DNA of 23,875 nucleotides, the filler included, from an uncultured bacterium (lineage in GTDB: Bacteria; UBA8481), in NCBI GenBank assembly GCA_964499705.1. It is 3 parts of 3 records of this genome, joined end to end, with 100 filler letters (N's around TTAATTAATTAA, not from the genome) between each part and the next. Parts side by side here need not be neighbours in the genome. Positions count along the whole stretch, not along the records: positions 1 to 10,175 come from CAZCME010000041.1; positions 10,276 to 17,888 come from CAZCME010000042.1; 1 more part is not named here. One strand, given 5' to 3'. Made by a program: the position numbers and the translations under genes. The notes below the pieces were generated by a model. That model was not told the DNA's origin and made no database searches. It worked only from the letters and a program-made list of their open reading frames with translations. Positions 7,704 to 14,567 of this stretch are shown piece after piece; within the stretch, counting starts at the first letter, position 1, and each line of letters starts with the position of its first letter.

Positions 7704-9494
7704 ATGGACTCGAACCAGAACATGCAGGACACCGGAGCGCCTGTCGGGGAAGTGGAGGAGCAGGGCGGGCGCCTGGGAGACATCCTCGTGTCGCAGGGCG
7801 TCATCACGTCCTATCAGCTGACGCAGGTGCTCGCCCTTCAGCGCGAATCCTCCATGAAGCTCGGAGAACTCCTCGTCGCCTACAACATGATCACGGAGGA
7901 ATCCCTGGCGCGCGCTCTCTGCGTCCAGTTCGGGCATCACTACATCGGCGCCATCGACGTCAGCCGCGTGGATCCGACGATCGGCGAGCTGATCCCGGCG
8001 CGGATGGTGAAGGAACAGCTCGTCTTTCCGTATGAGCGGGAAGGAAACATCCTGAGGATCGTCATGACGGATCCGACGAATCTCTATCTCCTCGACGACC
8101 TCCGGCTCATCACTGGATTCCAGGATATCGAGATCTACATCACGACGCCGACGCATCTGAACAAGGCCATCGCCGATTTCTACGACGCGTCGAACACGAT
8201 GACGGCCCTGCTGGGGGAAATGGACGACGACGACATCAAGGTCGTCGAGGACCAGGACGATAACGTCTCTGCGGCGGAGCTACGCGCGCAGGTCGAGGAT
8301 ACTCCGATCATCAAGATGGTGAATCTCATCATCAAGGAGGCGTTGAAGGCGAAGGCGACGGACATCCATCTCGAACCCTACGAACATAACTTCCGCGTCC
8401 GGTACAGGATCGACGGCATGCTCTGCGAAGTGCCGTCGCCTCCGAAAAAATACCAGGGCGCGATCATATCCAGGATCAAGATCATGGCGGACCTGGACAT
8501 CGCGGAAAGGCGCCTGCCGCAGGACGGCCGGTTCAAGCTCCGTCTCGCCCACAAGGAGATCGACTTCCGCATCTCGACGCTTCCGACCGTCTTCGGCGAG
8601 AAGGTGGCGCTCCGCATTCTCGACAAGTCGGGCACCGCCCGGGAAAGAACCGGCAATATCTCCGATATGGCGCAGCTCGGATTCTCCGCGGACCAGCTGG
8701 AGATCATCCGCAGGAATCTCTTCAAGCCCTTCGGCATGATTCTCGTCGTGGGGCCGACGGGAAGCGGCAAGACGACGACGCTGTACGGCTGCCTCGAGAT
8801 CCTGAACAACGTGAACAAGAATGTCCTGACCGTGGAGGATCCGGTCGAGTACATGATCCCGGGGATCAACCAGGTCGCCGCGCGTCCGCAGATCGGATTG
8901 ACCTTCGCGCATGTGCTCCGGTCGATGCTGCGGCAGGATCCGGACATCGTGATGATCGGAGAGATCCGCGACAAGGAGACGGCGGAGATCGCCATCAACG
9001 CGGCTCTGACGGGCCACGTCGTCCTCTCGACGCTCCACACGAACGATTCGCCCGGCGCCGTCGTAAGGCTCGATAACATGGGCGTGGAGCCGTATCTCGT
9101 CACATCGACCCTGCTTCTCGTCATCTCGCAGCGGCTCATGAGGAAGATCTGCCTCGCGTGCAGGGAAGCCTATACGCCGCCGCAGGATCTGCTCAACCTG
9201 ATGCCCGCGGGATCCATTCCGCAGGAAGCGGTTTTCTACCGGGGCAGGGGATGCGAGGAATGCAACGGCACGGGGTACAGGGGGCGCGTGGGAGTGTACG
9301 AGCTTCTGGAGTTGACGGAGGATGTCAAGGCGCTGGTGCTGAGGCGCGCCACGTCGTCGGAGATCAAGTCACTGATGATCGCGAACGGTTTCAGGACGCT
9401 GCGGAATTCATCGGTGGATGTCGTGATGCAGGGGCTCACGACATTTGAAGAGATGTGCCGGGTTTCAACGGAAGATTTTCTCGTCGCGGAATAA
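7704..9494 (+). CDS. pilB: Type IV pilus / T2SS assembly ATPase (PilB/GspE) with an N-terminal MshEN domain
   Basis: RLGDILVSQGVIT..QL..VL..Q / KLGELLV..NMIT (MshEN), TDIHLEP, LDIAERRLPQDGR, GPTGSGKTTTLY, LRQDPD..MIGEIRD, TGHVVLSTLHTND, CxxC...CxxC.GYRGR. Confidence 0.92.
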   Translation: MDSNQNMQDTGAPVGEVEEQGGRLGDILVSQGVITSYQLTQVLALQRESSMKLGELLVAYNMITEESLARALCVQFGHHYIGAIDVSRVDPTIGELIPARMVKEQLVFPYEREGNILRIVMTDPTNLYLLDDLRLITGFQDIEIYITTPTHLNKAIADFYDASNTMTALLGEMDDDDIKVVEDQDDNVSAAELRAQVEDTPIIKMVNLIIKEALKAKATDIHLEPYEHNFRVRYRIDGMLCEVPSPPKKYQGAIISRIKIMADLDIAERRLPQDGRFKLRLAHKEIDFRISTLPTVFGEKVALRILDKSGTARERTGNISDMAQLGFSADQLEIIRRNLFKPFGMILVVGPTGSGKTTTLYGCLEILNNVNKNVLTVEDPVEYMIPGINQVAARPQIGLTFAHVLRSMLRQDPDIVMIGEIRDKETAEIAINAALTGHVVLSTLHTNDSPGAVVRLDNMGVEPYLVTSTLLLVISQRLMRKICLACREAYTPPQDLLNLMPAGSIPQEAVFYRGRGCEECNGTGYRGRVGVYELLELTEDVKALVLRRATSSEIKSLMIANGFRTLRNSSVDVVMQGLTTFEEMCRVSTEDFLVAE

Positions 9495-9500
9495 GGCTTA

Positions 9501-10175
9501 ATGGCTCAGTTCTTCTACAAATCCTTCACCAAGGGCGGGAAACTTGTGGAAGGCATGATGGATGCGGCCACGGAGCGCGACGTTCTGATGCTGCTCCGCA
9601 AGCAGGACCTGAAAGTGCTCCTCATCAAGGAACAGCACCCGCCTCTTCTCGGGTTCATCTTCGACAGAAAGAGAAAGGTCACGACCCGCGAGCTCGTGCG
9701 CTTCACGAGCATGTTCGCGACGCTCGTGAACGCGGGAATTCCTCTCTCGGCGTGCCTGAGGACGCTCCAGGAGCAATCCGACAATCCGACGATGCAGTCG
9801 ATCCTGAAGCAGGTGATGCAGGACATCGAGGACGGCCAGGATCTCTCGACGGCTCTCTCGAAGCATCCTTCCGTCTTCGACAGGATGTATGTCGACCTCA
9901 TCCGGGCCGGAGAGGCCGGCGGCGTTCTGCACCAGGTGCTGGAGCGGCTGATGATCTACACGGAGAAATCGGAGCGATTGCGGCGGAGGGTGAAGGGCGC
10001 GCTGACGTACCCGGCCGTGGTCATTTTCATCGCGATCCTCATCGTCTGGATCATCCTGCAATTCGTGGTTCCGTCGTTCGCCGAGACATTCGCTCAGGCA
10101 GGGAAAACGCTTCCCATGCCGACGCGCATTCTTCTCGGGATTTCCGAAATGGTGAGAAATTACTACTACCTGATT
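9501..10175 (+). CDS. pilC: Type IV pilus / T2SS inner-membrane platform protein (PilC/GspF), truncated by the contig end
   Basis: FT.MFATLVNAGIPL, LS.AL.KHP.VF...YV.LIRAGE.GG.L..VL.RL, VKGALTYP, FVVP.F, LP.PT. Confidence 0.9.
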
Positions 10176-10275
10176 NNNNNNNNNNNNNNNNNNNNNNNNN
10201 NNNNNNNNNNNNNNNNNNNTTAATTAATTAANNNNNNNNNNNNNNNNNNNNNNNNNNNNNNNNNNNNNNNNNNNN
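10176..10275. other. Artificial contig-joining linker (six-frame stop spacer)
   Basis: N44-TTAATTAATTAA-N44, identical to 17889-17988. Confidence 0.97.
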
Positions 10276-10276
10276 T

Positions 10277-10330
10277 CCGGGGCGGTCCTTTCTACTTTGC
10301 AGAAGCGGAACTTACTACTTTGCGCGTACA
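10277..10330 (-). mobile_element. Terminal 54 bp of an insertion sequence (5'-TGT end, IS481/IS1202-like); body lost in the assembly break
   Basis: Exact reverse complement of 23822-23875. Identity ends at ...GTACA. Two internal 19-bp imperfect repeats. Lies at a contig edge. Confidence 0.8.
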
Positions 10331-10381
10331 ACGAAAGGCGACCGCCTTGCTCTTTCAGACAGGCCATGAGAAAATATCCGC

Positions 10382-10588
10382 ATGCCTCCCGTGGATGTGC
10401 ACCACATTCTTGTCGATGGTCAGCCGCTCTGCAAGCTGGGCGAGTCGGAACCGTGGGCGAGATTCTTCACCTGCTACTACCAGTGGGAGCCGACCGTGCG
10501 GCAGGCGGCCATGAAGATCGCCGCCATGTCCTCCAACAAAGGCAGGCGTGTCGAGGTCATAAAGGGTCGCTGCGTCTGCGGCGGCTGA
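10382..10588 (+). CDS. Small Cys/His-containing hypothetical protein (68 aa) ending in CVCGG
   Basis: Strong GC3 codon bias. A candidate promoter TTGCTC-17-GAAAAT with extended TG ends 6 nt before the ATG, suggesting a leaderless transcript. Confidence 0.65.
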   Translation: MPPVDVHHILVDGQPLCKLGESEPWARFFTCYYQWEPTVRQAAMKIAAMSSNKGRRVEVIKGRCVCGG

Positions 10589-10615
10589 TACGACCGATCG
10601 AAAAATAGGCTCCCT

Positions 10616-10891
10616 CTAAACTTTTCCTGAACCTCCGGATAACGCCGGAATGACGACCACCTCCGAGGCCGGATCCACCGGCGTATCCAGCGTCGCTTGC
10701 GTCGCGTCAACGAAGATGCGAATGTGCTCGCGGATCAGGGGACCGCTCGCGCAGATGCGGTTGCGCATCCCCGGCCACCGGATATCGAGCTCATCGATCA
10801 CGCCGCGCACTGTCGCCGCGTCGACATCCACCTCCCGGACAGCGCCGGGAAACAATTGTGTCAGAGACGACGGCAACACGACCCGGGCCAT
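10616..10891 (-). CDS. MoaD/ThiS-family ubiquitin-like protein (91 aa) with C-terminal GG-SGKV
   Basis: MARVVLPSSL...V.VDAATVRGVIDELD.RWPG...R.HIRIFVD......LDTPV...SEV.VIPALSGG. This is the C-terminal part of track ORF 10616..11353; GAGG SD before ATG 10891. Confidence 0.88.
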   Translation of the reverse strand: MARVVLPSSLTQLFPGAVREVDVDAATVRGVIDELDIRWPGMRNRICASGPLIREHIRIFVDATQATLDTPVDPASEVVVIPALSGGSGKV

Positions 10892-10901
10892 GACGGCGCC
10901 T

Positions 10902-12032
10902 CTAGACGACGGCCGCTCCGACGGAGAGAACAGGCGGCAGGTATCCGGCAACGACGTCCCAGGAATCTCCTTCGTCGGAACTGCCGAAGACTTCGCCGGT
11001 GTTGGTTCCGAAATAAACGCCGCCGGGCAGGAGCGTATCCACGGACATCGCGTCGCGCAGCACGCCGAAGAAAGCGCCGTTCTGCGGCAGCCCCTTCCCC
11101 TGGCGCGTCCAGGAGTCTCCTCCGTCGCGGCTGCGGAAGACGGCCGCCTTGCCTTCCGGCATGAAGCGGCCGTTCCCATCCAGCGGCACCACGTAGATGC
11201 TCCGATGATCGTGCGGCAGGACGGCCATCGGGAACCCGAAATCGCTCGGGAGCCCTGCGCTGATATCCTGCCAGTTTTCTCCGGCGTCCGTGCTACGATA
11301 GACACCGAAATGATTTTGCTGGTACAGCAGGTCGCGGCCTTCGCGCGGAGCAATTGCGCTCACGACATGATGCACGCAACCGCTTACTTCGTTGTCCTTG
11401 TTGACGACGTCGAAGTTGCGCGTGTTGCGGTTGCGAGGCTCCCACGTTTTTCCGCCGTCGGCCGTGTAGAAGAGACCGGCCGCCGAAGTCCCGGCCCAGA
11501 TCCTGTCGGGATCGTCCGGATGAACGACGATCGAATGGAGACAGAGACCTCCATTGCCGCCGTTCCAGCTCGGGCAGGATGGATGCTCGCGGAGCCCCGC
11601 GACATGTTTCCATGTGACTCCGCCGTCCGTGCTCTTGAAGAGCCCGGCGGGTTCCACGCCGGCATAGAGAATGCCGTGCGCGGGTTCGATGTGCCACACC
11701 TTCTCGATCTTCGGCCCGCCCTCGCCGTAGGTCAATCCTTCGGCCGAGTGCGTCCAGGTTTCCCCCGCGTCGGGACTCTTCCAGATTTCCGTCGGCACGT
11801 CCTTTCCGTACAGCATCGTTCCATCGGGCGCCATCCCGACAAAGATCCCGTGACCGCCGCCGGCGCCGGTCGCGGCGAGAACACACTTCGTCGCGGGATC
11901 GTATGCCATGTGCATCGTCCTGCGCCCCTCGCAGAACGGCCCCTTCACATTCCATTTTTTTCGCGCGACATCGCTCTCCATGATGAACGCGCCCTTGTCC
12001 GTTCCCACCAGCACCAGCACTTTCGATCCCAT
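10902..12032 (-). CDS. Asp-box (BNR/WD40-YVTN) beta-propeller protein, paralog 2
   Basis: VLVGTDKGAF; six S/T-x-D-x-G-x-x-W Asp-boxes; GGLCLH, GCVH, QQNH. Start reassigned to ATG 12032 (GGGAG SD). Confidence 0.88.
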   Translation of the reverse strand: MGSKVLVLVGTDKGAFIMESDVARKKWNVKGPFCEGRRTMHMAYDPATKCVLAATGAGGGHGIFVGMAPDGTMLYGKDVPTEIWKSPDAGETWTHSAEGLTYGEGGPKIEKVWHIEPAHGILYAGVEPAGLFKSTDGGVTWKHVAGLREHPSCPSWNGGNGGLCLHSIVVHPDDPDRIWAGTSAAGLFYTADGGKTWEPRNRNTRNFDVVNKDNEVSGCVHHVVSAIAPREGRDLLYQQNHFGVYRSTDAGENWQDISAGLPSDFGFPMAVLPHDHRSIYVVPLDGNGRFMPEGKAAVFRSRDGGDSWTRQGKGLPQNGAFFGVLRDAMSVDTLLPGGVYFGTNTGEVFGSSDEGDSWDVVAGYLPPVLSVGAAVV

Positions 12033-12054
12033 GAGTCCGCTCCCTTTCCAATGT

Positions 12055-12068
12055 GTGACTATAGTCAC
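12055..12068. promoter_or_regulatory. Perfect 14-bp palindrome GTGACTATAGTCAC between the two propeller genes
   Basis: Seen directly in the 38-bp intergenic gap; function is inferred only. Confidence 0.35.
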
Positions 12069-12070
12069 CC

Positions 12071-13180
12071 TTATGATATCTGATCGACAGCGATCGAGTA
12101 AATGGGAGGAAGGCGAAAGGGCATCTCTTTCCACAGGTCTCCTTCATCGATGCTCCAATACACCTGACCGGTTTTTGTTCCGACATAGACTCCCGCGGGA
12201 TCCAGCGCGTCCAACGCTAGCGCGCCTCGCAGGACGCTGAGCGAAGCGCGATCCTGCGGCAGTCCCCGGGAAAGCGCTTGCCAGTGCGCGCCGGCATCGC
12301 GGCTCCGCCAGACAGCCATCCTGCCGCCCGGAACGATTCGTCGCCCCGGCTGATCGCTCTCCAGCGGCACCACGTACAGTGTCTCCGGAAGTCGAGGATG
12401 AACCGCCAAAGGAAAACCGAATCGCGACGGCAGACCGGCGCTGATGTCACGCCATGAAACTCCGCCGTCGTCCGAGCGATAAACTCCGTCATGATTCCGC
12501 TGATAAAGCCGGGGATCAAGGTCTCTTCCTTGAGCGTCCGCAAGCGCCAGAGCATGCACGCAGGGATGGAGCATGGGATGGAGCGGGTCATCCGGGACGG
12601 CGTCGCATCGATTCCAGGTTCGTCCCTCATCCCCGGTATGAAAGACGCCTCCCGATGAAATACCCACCCATATACGCAACGGATCGATCGGATGAGGGAC
12701 GATCGCATGAAGGCACATACCGCCCGCGGTCGCGCGCCATGCGGACCGGGAAGGATGCGCGCGCAGTCCGGCGACATGGATCCAGGAATCGCCATCGTCC
12801 TCGCTGCGAAAAAGCCCGGCCGGCTCAACTCCGGCATAAAGCACACGACGACCGGAGGAATCGACCGAGGGAGTCACACACCAGATCTGCCTGATCTCCG
12901 GCCCCTCATCGCCATAGGTAAGACCTTCGCTCGAATGCGTCCACGTCGCGCCCAGGTCCCGGCTTCGCCACACAGCCGCCCCGTACCAGTTGCTTGCTCC
13001 TCCCGCAAAAATGGTCGGAACGGTGGTCTCGGGACCACACGGGAACGGATAAAGTGAGGCATTCAAAATCGCCCACGTGCCGCTGATCAACGGCCCGCGA
13101 ATTTCCCACGATTCGCGACGCGCATCGCTCTCGGCGACGAACAACCCCTTTCTGGTGCCCAGCAGCAGAATGACTTTCAC
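12071..13180 (-). CDS. Asp-box beta-propeller protein, paralog 1
   Basis: LLLGTRKGLF; Asp-boxes; GGMCLH, PCVH, QRNH; shares HSxEGLTYG, YAGVEPAGLF and DISAGLPSxFGFP with paralog 2. GTG start. Confidence 0.88.
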   Translation of the reverse strand: MKVILLLGTRKGLFVAESDARRESWEIRGPLISGTWAILNASLYPFPCGPETTVPTIFAGGASNWYGAAVWRSRDLGATWTHSSEGLTYGDEGPEIRQIWCVTPSVDSSGRRVLYAGVEPAGLFRSEDDGDSWIHVAGLRAHPSRSAWRATAGGMCLHAIVPHPIDPLRIWVGISSGGVFHTGDEGRTWNRCDAVPDDPLHPMLHPCVHALALADAQGRDLDPRLYQRNHDGVYRSDDGGVSWRDISAGLPSRFGFPLAVHPRLPETLYVVPLESDQPGRRIVPGGRMAVWRSRDAGAHWQALSRGLPQDRASLSVLRGALALDALDPAGVYVGTKTGQVYWSIDEGDLWKEMPFRLPPIYSIAVDQIS

Positions 13181-13307
13181 GGATTGATCCTATCCATGAA
13201 GCGCGGAGAAATAAATCTCCACTTGGCCCGCGATCGCGACACCGGTGCCTATTCCAGGGAGCGAAGTTTGTTGCGAAATGTACCCGTATGATAGGCTGCG
13301 ATTTCCC

Positions 13308-13925
13308 ATGAACGCGCGCGTGATGCTCTTTACCAGATACCCGGTTCCCGGAGCGACCAAGACACGGCTCATTCCTACCCTGGGCGCGGAAGGAGCGGCT
13401 CAACTTCATCGCGAACTGACCGAGCGGATAGCGACCTGCATGCAATCGCCCGTGCTGTCGGACATCTCCATGGAGGTTTGCTACACGGGCGGAAGCCGGG
13501 ACGAGATGGAAGAATGGCTGGGGCCCCGTTTCACATATCGCGCTCAATGCGAAGGCGATCTGGGCGATCGCCTCCGTGACGCGTTTTCAGCAGCATTTCT
13601 CGAAGGACACCGCGTCGCGATCGCCATCGGATCGGATGTTCCCGGCATCACGCCGAAAATATTCCGCCACGCCGTGGACCGGCTGAAATTCCTCGACGCC
13701 ATCATCGGTCCGGCCTCCGACGGCGGATACTATCTCATCGGGATGAACCGGTTCCTTCCCGAGCTCTTCGATGAAATCGCGTGGGGGACGGAAACCGTCT
13801 TCAAGGAGACGATGAGCCGTGTCTCCTCAAGCTCGCTGACGCACGAGGTGCTGGAGGAATTGTCGGACGTGGATCGCCCTGAGGACCTGGACCTGGTTCA
13901 GGATATGATGCTGAGGACCAGTTGA
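13308..13925 (+). CDS. TIGR04282/DUF2064 family glycosyltransferase-like protein
   Basis: FTRYPVPGATKTRL, Q.EGDLGDRL..AF, IGSD.P, GPASDGGYYLIG, IAWGT, L.DVD.PEDL. Start is probably ATG 13308. Confidence 0.9.
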   Translation: MNARVMLFTRYPVPGATKTRLIPTLGAEGAAQLHRELTERIATCMQSPVLSDISMEVCYTGGSRDEMEEWLGPRFTYRAQCEGDLGDRLRDAFSAAFLEGHRVAIAIGSDVPGITPKIFRHAVDRLKFLDAIIGPASDGGYYLIGMNRFLPELFDEIAWGTETVFKETMSRVSSSSLTHEVLEELSDVDRPEDLDLVQDMMLRTS

Positions 13926-14567
13926 CAGCTCGTAGCGATGAGCGAACCAACGCAGGTTCAAATCCCTGCCTGGCCGGCACTCGTTGAGAATGCCCGAACT
14001 CGCCTCATGGTCCCGATTCGGACCGGAAAGCATGACGCGAAGACCCTGGGAGTGGCGCTGCCAAAGCAATCTCCAGCAACCGGAAACATGATCCCGCGAA
14101 CTGCAGGCCTATGCCCGATCCCCACCATCCTCCGGCATCGTGTTACCGCCTCATTCTGCCGTTCGTGACTTTCGTCGCGGATAGCGGTCGAACCATCGTC
14201 GACCGAGTCAATGTCGACTCATCTCTTCCCAGAGAGCCCGTCGCCCTCTATGAATGCTTTGCTAGGGGCAGACTTGGGGGAATATGTGCCCCTGATCAAC
14301 ATAGTACAAGCGCACAATACGATCCCACAATGCGGCGGGTATCGTACGCGGTCTTGCGCAGACTTCACACCAATGTGGAGCGCCGGGCGAGCGGGTCGAA
14401 CGGATTTCTTCGGCCGTAAATCAATATCGTCGTCCTGGAAGGATCGAGCGCCTGTGACTATCATTTGTTGGTGATCCTACAGAAGCAGACGTTCAACCAG
14501 AACCGAAGCGCTCCGCGCTTGAGGATGCGGCGATCAGATTCGCTTGAGGTGACTGATCCATCAGTGC

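Noticed and set aside
10220-10231. TTAATTAATTAA palindrome (also 17933-17944)
   Set aside because: Artificial six-frame stop linker within N runs, not biological.
13513-13523. 11-bp match (AATGGCTGGGG) to the tRNA-Gln 3' end as a possible attR
   Set aside because: Short, and inside an intact conserved gene (encodes EWLG); likely chance.
13952-13980. tRNA T-arm-like GCAGG-TTCAAATC-CCTGC as a possible att remnant
   Set aside because: The loop is 8 nt, there is no CCA, it does not match the tRNA-Gln at 17830, and it is on the opposite strand.
13938-14474. Short overlapping ORFs between the TIGR04282 and DUF2075 genes
   Set aside because: No recognisable motifs, weak codon bias and mutual overlap; possibly decayed DNA, but no gene call is supportable.
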